Shown here one piece after another: positions 19,782 to 29,805 of a DNA stretch of 64,000 nucleotides (positions are counted from its first letter, which is position 1; every line of letters begins with the position of its first letter). Source of the stretch: Desulfomonilia bacterium. GTDB lineage: Bacteria; Desulfobacterota; Desulfomonilia; UBA1062. Position numbers and translations under genes: made by a program. The notes under the pieces were generated by a model that had not been told where the DNA came from, did not search any database, and saw only the letters and a list, made by a program, of their open reading frames with translations. The DNA lies in NCBI GenBank assembly GCA_963664325.2, contig CAXXDQ010000004.1, positions 224,001 through 288,000 of the forward strand. Direction: 5' to 3'.

Positions 19782-21347
19782 TTACTTCAGCATCTGGTTC
19801 AGGTTAAGGCGGACAAGGACGAGTCCTTGCCTGTAATCATATTTCCCGGCTTCGAAAAGAAGCAGTATATCACCGTCAGGCAACACGCAAAGCTGTGAAT
19901 AGCAGGAAGGCCCGTTGTAAATCTCTTTTTTTACAGGCCAGGTCCTGCCGTCATCATTGCTGAGCCTTACCGTCATATTCCCTCTTGCGCATCCGGCTGG
20001 ATTGCTGAAAAGAACCGCGGTATCTTTATAGGCATATCTTATTATTGAAGCCTGCGTTTCAGCACAGACAAGGTCCTTTTCAGGATTTATATCAAACCAG
20101 GTTTGACCGCCATCGCGGCTCAAGCCTGTCTGCCTCGGCTGGCAGCGCCTGTAGCGGCAGTTCATATCGAGCGTTCCGTCCGTCATCTCAAAGGCCTGAG
20201 GCTCTTCGCCTGTTCCCATATCTTCGCCCTTGCGCCATGAAACGCCGTGATCATCACTGTAAATAACATGAGCCCCTCTGGCATGGCTCGGCCCGAAATA
20301 ATATGCCGGAACGACAAGCCTCGAATTTCTAAGCTGTATGCCGATGCCCGGCCCGGTTCCATATTCCATGCACAACTGGGAGTTGTTGCACTTCAGTCCA
20401 AGGTCAAGCTCCTTTGTTATGTCGACAGGCTTTGAAAATGATTGGCCGAAGTCCGTGCTCTTCATCATCCAGACCTGTTTGTTATCGATGCAGTATGGCA
20501 GCCAGAGCGTTTTCGTATCACGGTCAAAAACGGGACAGGGATTGCCGGCCGTGTGTTTTCCGGCATCAAGCAGCACCTGGACCGGCCCCCATGTTTTCCC
20601 GCCGTCAACGCTTCTGCGCAATACAAGATCGATGTCCCCCCAGTCGAACATTTCATCTTTTCTGGATTCTGCAAAAGCAAGGACAATATCGCGGTCTTTA
20701 TCGTCTTTAAAGGTAATCATGGAAGGAATACGGTACCCGCGCCCATCCTGCATGCCTTTTTCGAAAAGCCATACAGGCTTGATTCCAGGGGCATAGGCCG
20801 GATTCCAGAATATTATGGTGAGAGCAAACGCCCCGAGAACAAACAGGAAAGCCCCGCCCGCCGGGATCATTCCGGGAATGCCGCCAAGCCCGTTCTTGTT
20901 TTTAAAAAAATTGAAGATGACGACAGCGCCGTCGATGACAAGCAGCGCTCCATAACCGATAAACGGCAGCGACAGGGCCGTTAGTTCAGGAATTGACATC
21001 GTATCGACAACCCACATGAACAATCTGGAGAACAGGAATAAAAGAATGATGCCGGCCACAGGGTTCCAGACGGCAAAAAAGATCCTTACGGCTGAAGGAA
21101 GGTTGCAGGGTTTTGCTTTTTCTGAAAACACAGAGGCAAGCCCGGAAACCGGACCGATGACGAGCAGTATGGCGAAGACAACCAGTATCCATTTCCTTCT
21201 GGCAATGATCAGAAACTCCCCGCCGAATGACGTTATCCATACATAAACGACGGCTGCGAATAGAAGCGAAAGAATGAGTAAGGCAGTTCTCAAGATTATT
21301 TTTCCAGCATTCACGTGCTTGCAGGCTTCCATAAACCCTCCTGTCAA
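19782..21347 (-). CDS. GH33 sialidase with multi-pass N-terminal membrane domain
   Basis: YRIP motif; Asp-boxes (SVDGGKTW, STDFGQSF, SDDHGVSW, SRDGGQTW, SNDDGRTW); catalytic YS; about 5 hydrophobic N-terminal segments. Confidence 0.85.
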   Translation of the reverse strand: MTGGFMEACKHVNAGKIILRTALLILSLLFAAVVYVWITSFGGEFLIIARRKWILVVFAILLVIGPVSGLASVFSEKAKPCNLPSAVRIFFAVWNPVAGIILLFLFSRLFMWVVDTMSIPELTALSLPFIGYGALLVIDGAVVIFNFFKNKNGLGGIPGMIPAGGAFLFVLGAFALTIIFWNPAYAPGIKPVWLFEKGMQDGRGYRIPSMITFKDDKDRDIVLAFAESRKDEMFDWGDIDLVLRRSVDGGKTWGPVQVLLDAGKHTAGNPCPVFDRDTKTLWLPYCIDNKQVWMMKSTDFGQSFSKPVDITKELDLGLKCNNSQLCMEYGTGPGIGIQLRNSRLVVPAYYFGPSHARGAHVIYSDDHGVSWRKGEDMGTGEEPQAFEMTDGTLDMNCRYRRCQPRQTGLSRDGGQTWFDINPEKDLVCAETQASIIRYAYKDTAVLFSNPAGCARGNMTVRLSNDDGRTWPVKKEIYNGPSCYSQLCVLPDGDILLLFEAGKYDYRQGLVLVRLNLNQMLK

Positions 21348-21404
21348 TTCCGGTATAAATAAATCATCGGGATACGAATTCCGTTCCTGAAGAATCCCTT
21401 CTGA

Positions 21405-22868
21405 TCAGGCCTCCCATTCAGCCGCGAAGAAATCATCAAGAGTACGGTTTGAGACGGTCTCAACATACCGGTCGAGTTCGGCTGAAAGCTTTTCATCGAT
21501 TTCACGGGGTTTGTGGGCGGCGAGTATCTTTTTTGCCTCTTCTCTCGCAGCCGTCCTCATGTCCGGCCTGCCGCTTTTTTCCCAGGAATCCCGCTTGTTG
21601 CGCTCGGCCAGCCTGGGAATGAAATGCTCTTTCCTGAAATTACGCTGGGTGTGCCGCTCCGCTATATAGCTCCCGTCGGGGCCCACTTTTCTTATCAGGT
21701 CCAGAGCCAGGGTTTCAGGATTGACCTCGATTCCCCTTGCGATCCTTTCGGCCATGGAGATTATCTCGTTGTCTATGACTGTAAGCTCATTGGCCCCGGC
21801 GCAGGTTGACTCGAGCGTTCCGGCGCAGGTGACCAGGTTTACGCCCGCAAGCGCAGCAAGGATTATGGAGTGCTCCCGCTCTATGCCGCACTGGAGGTCT
21901 ATGTCCTTTGACTCCGTCGTTCCGGCCACGCACCTGCAGGGTATGCCGTAAAAATGCGCCAGCTGCGCACTGGCCGCGCTCAGCATTCCTGTCTCCACTG
22001 CGCCCAGAGCCACTCCGCCTTTCCTCATCTCGGCTATTGTGGATACGCTTCCGTACATCACGGGTGTCCCCGGATTAACGGCCTGCGACATGATGATATG
22101 AGAAAGAATTTCGGCGTTGTGCTGGACAAGCAGTCCGGCAAGTGTGGCCGGAGCAGTCATGCATGCAATGGCTTCAGGGGACATCAATGCGGGCTGTCCG
22201 TTTTCCGCAAGTATCCACAGGCCTTCTAGCTGCATCTGTGCGCTTGAAAGCGGGCTGTGCACGCTTACAATAGTCAGGTAGGGATGCTTGTCCTTTACCT
22301 CATCCCGGCCGCCCATGGCGAGCATCATCATCTCCATTATGTCGTTTGTCGCCATAACGCCGAACGCGCCCATGCCGAAGGACTTCCGGCATTCCTTCGC
22401 CCATGTTCTGAGCGCCTCCACATGGCACGTATGCATGGGCAGATCTGACGGCCATATGTCGGTCTGGCCTGCCTGTATGTTTTCAAGCCCGTCTATCAGG
22501 ATCATGTGGTTCCTCAGGTCGGAAAACGTAGCGGGCCGGTATTCAAGCGTCTCCAGGTCGTACATGTTCGAAGGCGTTCCGAGCCCTGAATAATACCGGG
22601 TCGATGTGTTTACTGGCCAGGCAAGGCTGCTGTCCGCCCCGCAGAGAATGAATTCCCTGGGCGCCTTTGCGAGGTATTTTTCAACAAACTCCCCGGGGAA
22701 TTTTACAATCCTGGTCTCCTCATCAACATCGCAGCCGAGTTCATGAAGCAGCCGCCGCATCTTTTTCAGGGCGACTTTTATACCGGTATCCGCAAGCACG
22801 CCGATTGTCGCCTCATGAATCAGGCGTATTTCACTATCATCAAGGACGCGGTATTGAGAACTTTTCAT
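21405..22868 (-). CDS. Trimethylamine methyltransferase (MttB) family, non-pyrrolysine
   Basis: SPL, TAPATLAG, NAEIL, QLAHFYGIP, VGPDGSY...HT; no in-frame amber codon. Confidence 0.85.
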   Translation of the reverse strand: MKSSQYRVLDDSEIRLIHEATIGVLADTGIKVALKKMRRLLHELGCDVDEETRIVKFPGEFVEKYLAKAPREFILCGADSSLAWPVNTSTRYYSGLGTPSNMYDLETLEYRPATFSDLRNHMILIDGLENIQAGQTDIWPSDLPMHTCHVEALRTWAKECRKSFGMGAFGVMATNDIMEMMMLAMGGRDEVKDKHPYLTIVSVHSPLSSAQMQLEGLWILAENGQPALMSPEAIACMTAPATLAGLLVQHNAEILSHIIMSQAVNPGTPVMYGSVSTIAEMRKGGVALGAVETGMLSAASAQLAHFYGIPCRCVAGTTESKDIDLQCGIEREHSIILAALAGVNLVTCAGTLESTCAGANELTVIDNEIISMAERIARGIEVNPETLALDLIRKVGPDGSYIAERHTQRNFRKEHFIPRLAERNKRDSWEKSGRPDMRTAAREEAKKILAAHKPREIDEKLSAELDRYVETVSNRTLDDFFAAEWEA

Positions 22869-22985
22869 TATAAAACCTCCGCAGAAAAATATTCCGGATA
22901 GAAAATATGTTTTAAATAACATGGCGGTGATATATAAAAAAGCCCGATCATTAAATTATAATATTTCTCTTGCTGGAGGCTGACC

Positions 22986-24224
22986 ATGAAAGACCTTGAA
23001 AAACCATCGTGGAATTTCGATACGCTGTGCGTGCATGCGGGCGAGGGGGTGGACACCGATTCGCAGGCCATCAGAAGGCCCATACACATGGCCAATTCAT
23101 ACAAGCTCTCAACCGACCTGCTCGAACTCGTGGAACAGGTGACCTTCGACAGCCTCGACAAATTCAACTACACCAGAGAACACAACCCGACGGTCAGGCA
23201 TCTTGAAGAAAGGCTCGCCATGCTCGAGGGGGGCGAGGACTGCGTGGTCTCGGCCAGCGGCATGGGAGCCGTTTCCGCAACGCTCTTTACCCTGCTCTGC
23301 GCAGGCGATCACATAGTTGCTTCCGAGGTCTGCTATACCGGCTCACAGAAGCTCATCGGAAAAATGCTCCCCAGGTTCGGTATTGAAGTCTCCATGGTTG
23401 ACACGTCCGATGTGGATGAAGTGAGGCGCGCGGTAAGGAAGAACACAAAAGTCATCTATGTTGAAACACCGGCCAATCCCCTCGTGCTTATATGCGACAT
23501 AAGGGCGATCGCTGAAATAGCCCGTGAAGCAGGCGCCCTGCTGATAGTGGACAGCACATGGTCCGGCCTTGTAAACCAGAAGCCGCTCGAACTCGGCGCC
23601 GATGTCGTGATTCACAGCGCAACCAAATACATTAATGGCCACGGGGACTGTCTGTGCGGCGCCATCATAGGACCGGAGCAGCTTCTCAAGAAGATCCGCG
23701 AAGACGGCATTACGCACCTAGGCGCGTGCATCAGCCCGTTCAATGCCTGGCTGATCATGAGGGGTTCGGTCACACTGCCCCTGAGGATGGAAAGGCACTC
23801 GGCCAATGCGCAGAAGGTTGCCGAATTCCTGGCGATCCACCCGAAAGTGGATATGGTCCGCTATCCCGGCCTTAAAAGCCACCCTTCGTATAAGCTTGCA
23901 AAAAAACAGATGAAGGCGCCTTCGGGCATGATTAATTTCAACCTGAAGGCGGACATCATGGAGCACTTCGCTTTTCTTGACAGGCTGAAGCTCATCACCC
24001 ATGCCGTTTCACTCGGCCATGACCAGAGCCTGATTTATTACCTGCCGACCGGATTCTTCTTCGAGGAGATGGCTGTTTTTAATGACAGGCAGAAGCTCAA
24101 ATACCTCGGGCTTATGGGCGAGGGCATATACAGACTGAGCGTCGGGATTGAAGACGCGGCCGACATCATAACCGACCTTGCCCTGGCGCTTGAAGGGGTA
24201 AAGATCAGAGAGGAAGGCAGATGA
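22986..24224 (+). CDS. PLP-dependent Cys/Met metabolism enzyme (methionine gamma-lyase/cystathionine gamma-synthase family)
   Basis: YTR..NPT, SGMGA, ETPANP, HSATKYINGHGD, AVSLG, RLSVGIED. Confidence 0.88.
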   Translation: MKDLEKPSWNFDTLCVHAGEGVDTDSQAIRRPIHMANSYKLSTDLLELVEQVTFDSLDKFNYTREHNPTVRHLEERLAMLEGGEDCVVSASGMGAVSATLFTLLCAGDHIVASEVCYTGSQKLIGKMLPRFGIEVSMVDTSDVDEVRRAVRKNTKVIYVETPANPLVLICDIRAIAEIAREAGALLIVDSTWSGLVNQKPLELGADVVIHSATKYINGHGDCLCGAIIGPEQLLKKIREDGITHLGACISPFNAWLIMRGSVTLPLRMERHSANAQKVAEFLAIHPKVDMVRYPGLKSHPSYKLAKKQMKAPSGMINFNLKADIMEHFAFLDRLKLITHAVSLGHDQSLIYYLPTGFFFEEMAVFNDRQKLKYLGLMGEGIYRLSVGIEDAADIITDLALALEGVKIREEGR

Positions 24225-25629
24225 GCGGCAGGGGCCTGCCCTTAAAGACCAAGATCGGATACGGCGCGGCGGAGCTTTCTAATTCTCTCACCTGGACCAT
24301 GTTCTATGTCCTTTTCCTTTTTTTCCTGACTGACGTGGTCAAGATGGACCCGGCGTATGCCGGTTTTATAATGATGACAGGTACCGTATGGGACGCCTTT
24401 TCGAGCCCGCTTGTCGGTGTAATCTCTGACAGGGTGAAGTCAAAATGGGGCCGGAGACGGCCATTCATCCTTGGCACGGCCGTGCCCTTCGGGCTTATCA
24501 CGTGGCTTCTTTTTACGGATTTCGGGCTGTCTCCGGATATGACGAAGGCGTATTTCATTGCGGTTGTCATCTGCACGTTCACGGTATTTTCCTTTCTGGA
24601 CATTCCTTTGACTTCGCTCGCAGCCGAAATGACGCAGGATTATGACGAACGCACAAGTCTCATCAGCTACCGGGCGGTTTTCAGCCAGGTGGCATCCATC
24701 ACAGGCGCCGCCCTCCCATTTGTTCTCGTTGAGCATCTTACAAAGACGCTGGGCGCGGCCAAACCCGCTTGGTCCGTCATGACGGCCTTCATCGGGCTTT
24801 TCACCATATTCCCCATACTGATAACATGGCGGGCTACGCGAGGGACGGAGCTTTATCCGGGAAAACACGAGCATCTCCATAAGCGACATAAAAAACGCCG
24901 TCTTCAGCAACAGGACATTCAAATTTACGGTAGGCGTCTACACCTTCAGCAACGTGGCCTTAGGCATTGCGGGAGTAGTCATGGTCTATTTCATGCAGTA
25001 CTACATGCAGTTTACGGAGATGCAGAAATCGATCGCATTCCTGTTCCTGTTCGCATGCACGATCGTATGGATACCGCTGATAAACTACTTCTCCGCCAGG
25101 CTTTCAAAAACGCTGGGCGTTCATCATATTTATCGGCCTGTGGGCCCTTGTCCAGTCAATCGGGCGCAATACTTGTAAGGCCTGGAGATACTGTATATTT
25201 CTATGTCCTTGTGATACTGGCATCAGGCGGCCTGATAGGCGTCACCATGGCCGGCTGGGCGATGATACCCGATGTAAGTGGAGGTTGACGAATATAAAAC
25301 GGGGACAGAGGCGCGAAGGACTTTATTACGGAATATTCAGCTTTTCAAGAAAGGTCGCTGTTGCGCTTGCGGTCTGGCTGGTTGGAATAATACTATCCGG
25401 AGTTGGCTATGCCCCGAACGCGGTTCAGGACAAAAGAATCCCTGCTGGGCATAAGGCTTATCTATGCAGAGGGGACGGCGTTTTTTTCCTTTTTGCAAGC
25501 CTGATCATGGCATACCTGCTGCCTATGACCAGGAAAAGGCATGAGGCGCTTGCCGAAGCGATCAGGCTCAAAAAGGAAGGAACGGCCACTGACGAGGAAG
25601 AAAATCAAAATTTTGCTCTAGTTTTTTGA
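24221..25629 (+). pseudogene. GPH-family MFS transporter broken by multiple frameshifts (probably sequencing errors)
   Basis: KIGYG, SDR..SKWGRRRP, WAMIPDV and GQRREGLYYG are split across frames; shifts fall mostly at homopolymers from about 24860 to 25490. Confidence 0.75.
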
Positions 25630-25701
25630 TGCCTTCATTCTGCATGTTTATTGTCCGGTCTTTGCAGAAATCCGGAAACCAGAGAGAATTTTTATATCTA
25701 C

Positions 25702-26907
25702 TTATTCCTCATGTTCCAGGACGATTTTTATGGCCTTTTCCTCTCCCTTGGAAAAAAAGGCCTTTATGGCCTCACGGTAGTTTTTCATGGGAAATCTGTG
25801 CGTGATGATATCATCGATTGAAACGCGCTTATCGAGAAGAAGTCCTGCGGCAATGTCAAATGAAGAACGGCCTGCTTCCTCCATTGCATGGCAGTTGATT
25901 CCCGTGACCGAGATCTCCTGGTGCCATATGGGTGAATAATCGATCTTTCCGGGTTTGAAATTGATGCCTATGATCACCACGCTTCCCCTGCTGCGCACCC
26001 ACCTCAACGAGTCATTGATGCTGCCGTCATTGCCTATGGTATCGTAAATGATGTCAAACCCTCCCAGGAGTATCCTGTTCCCGAAATAACCTTCAAGGTA
26101 TTTTGCACCCGTCAGACCGGCTATCCGCTTGTACGGATTCTTTTCCCCGATGATTACCCCGTCGGCGCCGAGTTTCCGGGCCATCTCGGCCTGGAAAGGA
26201 TAGCGGGCCAGGGCGATCACCTCTGAATCCGGCTCCATCGCCTTTGCCACCGCGATGGTCAGGAGCCCTATGGCGCCGCACCCTAAAACCAGTATGCGAT
26301 CACCCTTTTCGGGCATGCGTTTTCTGACTCCATGCACCGCACAGGCAAGGGGCTCAATAAGGATTGCCTCATCGTCGCTGAGTCCGGCCGGCACCTTGAA
26401 AGGCTGCGTTCTATGCATAACCATGTACGGAGAAAAACCGCCTCCGACATCGAGAAGGGGAAGCTTCTCAGCACCGAGATTCTGGCACATCATATAATCG
26501 CCTTTCCGGCACTGAGGACACATCGGGTCGATCTCCATCTGATAGCATGAAGGCCAGTCGATGCGCAGGCATACCCTGTCGCCCTTTTTGAAATCACCCG
26601 CTTCATCGCCGGTCTCGATCACCTCACCTAAAAGTTCATGCCCGAGATATTTTCTTGAAACTCCCGGCGTAGCAGCAGGGAAGCTTTTCGGGTCCATCTC
26701 CATGAATATGAAATGAATGTCCGAACCGCAGAGTCCGCATGCCTTATTTCGAACCTTGAGCCACCGCGGATTCGGGATTTGAGGCTCCGGGACCTCGGCA
26801 TACCGTGTCGGCGATATGGCCGTAAGGGCTGCATCACGATAAAAAACCGATGCGGCCTGCATCATCACGATTTTTAAAAGGCTGTTGTCAAAATAGAGTG
26901 CTTTCAT
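25702..26907 (-). CDS. Zinc-dependent alcohol dehydrogenase (MDR family)
   Basis: CGLCGSD, LGHE..G, structural Cys cluster, GCGAIG. Confidence 0.88.
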   Translation of the reverse strand: MKALYFDNSLLKIVMMQAASVFYRDAALTAISPTRYAEVPEPQIPNPRWLKVRNKACGLCGSDIHFIFMEMDPKSFPAATPGVSRKYLGHELLGEVIETGDEAGDFKKGDRVCLRIDWPSCYQMEIDPMCPQCRKGDYMMCQNLGAEKLPLLDVGGGFSPYMVMHRTQPFKVPAGLSDDEAILIEPLACAVHGVRKRMPEKGDRILVLGCGAIGLLTIAVAKAMEPDSEVIALARYPFQAEMARKLGADGVIIGEKNPYKRIAGLTGAKYLEGYFGNRILLGGFDIIYDTIGNDGSINDSLRWVRSRGSVVIIGINFKPGKIDYSPIWHQEISVTGINCHAMEEAGRSSFDIAAGLLLDKRVSIDDIITHRFPMKNYREAIKAFFSKGEEKAIKIVLEHEE

Positions 26908-27081
26908 TTTTTTCCCTTGGATTAAATTCAAATACCTGGCGATATGATAAGAAGCACGGCCCGGAAGTCAACAAGGGAATTCGTCAATTAATGTTTTATT
27001 GATGCAGGCTTCCGTACCTGAGCACGGCTTGGGAACATCGGGGAAAGGGATGCCTCATGCATCCCTTTCCCATAAAGGGCG

Positions 27082-28950
27082 TTATTTAAGCTTATCCTGC
27101 ACTATCTCAATATTGTGCTTTTTCTTTGCACTTTTTATAAAATCTTCAAATGCGGCATCTTTATCCTTTTTCAGGAGATCGGCCTTGATTAAATATGCCT
27201 TTGCCGGGTTCAGGCCTGAAGGGTCGGCTTTGACAAACTGATTGAGCCAAACCACACAGGTCCGGCCTTCGACCGTATAAGACTTTGGAACATTGAGGCT
27301 GTCCAGATCGTCCTTGAGTTTTGCATCACCGCCGAGCTTAGGAATTACGCCTTCCGAGCGTTTGAATATGCCCGTAGTTTCGTGAGACATCGCATTAAGG
27401 GCATTGGCCCCTTTTGACGAAAGCTGGCTTGCATAAGCTTTTGCAGCTTCGACTGCCTTTTCCCTGGAGGAATCGGCAATGACCCTTTCTCTGACCTCGT
27501 TAAGCTCCGGTATCCTGGCGTTGATTCTGCCGGTCACCTTGTACACCATGTAGCCGGTGCCGGTATCGATGACATCTCCGAGATCGCCTTCCTGCCTGGG
27601 TACAGCGTCTTTGATGACCTTGGCGCCCATGGGTATTGCGATCTGCTCGTTTTCCGCAAACGGGCCGAATTCCTTCAGCTCAAGCCCTTTCTTCTTTGCA
27701 TAAGCGGCGATGTCGGATTTGGGGTCTTCGAATATGGCTGAAAACGCATTCTGGGAATCGGCATATGCCTTGTCCTTGGAAATTCTGGCTGTAAGTTTCT
27801 CCTTGATCAGGGGTTCAACTTCTTCAAACGGTTTGACCTTTTCGTCAATTTTCGCATCAAGTTTCACTATCCTGAAGCCCATGGGGGTGCGCAGGGGGCC
27901 TTTAACTTCTCCGGGTTTCATCGACAGGAGGGTATCTCCAAGCCCTTCCGGCAGTTTATCTTTTTCCACCATGCCAAGGTCGCCGCCGTTCTTTGATGTC
28001 GCAGGGTCCTGGGAAAACTTTCTGGCGAGTCCGGCAAAGTCCGCTCCCTTCTTTGCCTCGTCAACAATCTTCTGTGCCTCCTGTTGTTTTTCCTTCATCA
28101 TCTTCTCGTCAGTCTTCCTGGGCGCAAGGATCAGAATCTCCCTTCCGTGAACCTTTGCCGGTATTGTGTATTCCGACAAATGGTCGTTATAATAATCCTT
28201 CTTGTCCTTGTCCGGTATGTTCACCGACTGGGCATATTGCACGGTTTCGAACATAATATAGGATATCTTGGTCTTGGGCGGGACCTTGTATGACTCCTTG
28301 TGCGACTCATACCAGGCCTTGATTATCGCATCATCGACTTTAACGCCCGATCTGAACTGGTCGGGGGTAAAACATATGAAATTAAGACTCATCGCGTCTT
28401 CTTTCTGATGGTATGCCGCCTCGATTTCCTTCTTTGATATATGAACGTTATCCGTAACTATGCTCATAAGCCTCTGCCTGATCATCTCGTTTCTCTGCTG
28501 GTCTTCAAACTCCGAAGGCGTAACCTTGAGATAACCCAGTATCTGATTGTATTTATCCATATCAAAGCTTCCGTTCGTCGTAAAAACGGGCAGCTTTCTT
28601 ATGGAATCCTGAAGGTCTTCGGTTGTAATCCTGATCCCCATCTTGTCGGCCTCAAGCTGCATGACATAGTTGTTGATGAGCTGGTCAAGCACCTTGTTTT
28701 TCAGATCCAGAATCTTGATCATCTCTTCATTGAAGAAATTGCCATACTGCTGGCGGTATGCATCGATTGTATTATCATAAGCCTTCCGGTATTCCTGATC
28801 GGATATTATATGCTTATCGATCTTGGCTACCTTGCTGCTTTCACGATTGAGATATGAACTTCCTCCCCATGCGACAAAGGTTAAGATAATCGCCCCGAAA
28901 ATGATCTTTATCATCCAGCCTTTGGAATGCTTCCTCATGTAACTCAGCAT
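27082..28950 (-). CDS. ppiD: PpiD-like periplasmic chaperone / parvulin PPIase
   Basis: N-terminal membrane anchor, SurA-like domain, FAGLARKFSQDP...GGDLG; 622 aa. Confidence 0.82.
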   Translation of the reverse strand: MLSYMRKHSKGWMIKIIFGAIILTFVAWGGSSYLNRESSKVAKIDKHIISDQEYRKAYDNTIDAYRQQYGNFFNEEMIKILDLKNKVLDQLINNYVMQLEADKMGIRITTEDLQDSIRKLPVFTTNGSFDMDKYNQILGYLKVTPSEFEDQQRNEMIRQRLMSIVTDNVHISKKEIEAAYHQKEDAMSLNFICFTPDQFRSGVKVDDAIIKAWYESHKESYKVPPKTKISYIMFETVQYAQSVNIPDKDKKDYYNDHLSEYTIPAKVHGREILILAPRKTDEKMMKEKQQEAQKIVDEAKKGADFAGLARKFSQDPATSKNGGDLGMVEKDKLPEGLGDTLLSMKPGEVKGPLRTPMGFRIVKLDAKIDEKVKPFEEVEPLIKEKLTARISKDKAYADSQNAFSAIFEDPKSDIAAYAKKKGLELKEFGPFAENEQIAIPMGAKVIKDAVPRQEGDLGDVIDTGTGYMVYKVTGRINARIPELNEVRERVIADSSREKAVEAAKAYASQLSSKGANALNAMSHETTGIFKRSEGVIPKLGGDAKLKDDLDSLNVPKSYTVEGRTCVVWLNQFVKADPSGLNPAKAYLIKADLLKKDKDAAFEDFIKSAKKKHNIEIVQDKLK

Positions 28951-29062
28951 CAGTTTCTCCCTTAATGTTTATTGCAATTCTGGCAAAAGATAGATGAATG
29001 GGGCATATATTTCAAGTAAAGATTACTTTATTGAAAACTGATTCAATAATTATTAACAAAAT

Positions 29063-29653
29063 TCACTCGATTGATGCCTTTTCCACCCAGACGAGCTCGC
29101 ATGCGCCCCTGCCCGTATCGGTTCTTGAAAGAGAGCTCTGCCATGTCATTCCGCCCTTGCCTGTAACGCTGACCAGATAGCCTTCCAATGTGATAAGCTG
29201 ACCCGGCCTGACCGTAAAAAGTGTCCTTCGGATATATTTGTTTGCCGGTATCATGTGCATGTTCGAAGCATTGGCACATATCTGTTCGTACGGTATCGGC
29301 AAATTCCCGTCCGTTTCCCAGTAAAAAAATCTGGCCATCTGGCTGATTTTCAGTTTATTCAGTACCGCTTCATCAGACATCGGACCCCACCCGAGGGCAA
29401 GGTCGATCGGGCTTAACCCGGCGCCGGGGTCAAAACGGTATCTCTTTCTTGAGAGCACCCTGGCCTTGAGCCTGAAGGATGCGAGCGGTTTTATCGTATA
29501 ATCTTTGAACTGAAACGGGCCGGCGTCCTTGAGGGCCTCCTGAAGAGGGGCGTCGGGCGCAATGATGCCGTCCCCATGATGCACAGGCCTGTGGGAGCAC
29601 CAGGAAAAAAAGCCGGCCAGGGCTATAACGGCGATTGCAATATATTTCCACAT
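29063..29653 (-). CDS. Hypothetical exported protein
   Basis: N-terminal hydrophobic segment; SPIDLALGWG, NMHMIPA, SRTDTGRGACE motifs. Confidence 0.7.
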   Translation of the reverse strand: MWKYIAIAVIALAGFFSWCSHRPVHHGDGIIAPDAPLQEALKDAGPFQFKDYTIKPLASFRLKARVLSRKRYRFDPGAGLSPIDLALGWGPMSDEAVLNKLKISQMARFFYWETDGNLPIPYEQICANASNMHMIPANKYIRRTLFTVRPGQLITLEGYLVSVTGKGGMTWQSSLSRTDTGRGACELVWVEKASIE

Positions 29654-29805
29654 TGTGCCTTATGGCGGGACATCGCGTCCCGTTTTATCCCCCCGCAATA
29701 TTTAATCCCGCATTTCATACAGCAACGGCTCTGCCTTGGGAAGAAAATACCGCCAAGTGTCCGCAGTGCGCTGCGGCGGCTATACCGCTCCGCCGCCAGC
29801 GAACC

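Noticed and set aside
21405-22868. Pyrrolysine recoding in the MttB homolog
   Set aside because: The ORF is uninterrupted; no in-frame TAG.
24221-25629. Programmed frameshifting or phase variation in the MFS gene
   Set aside because: Too many independent shifts in short runs; sequencing error is the simpler explanation.
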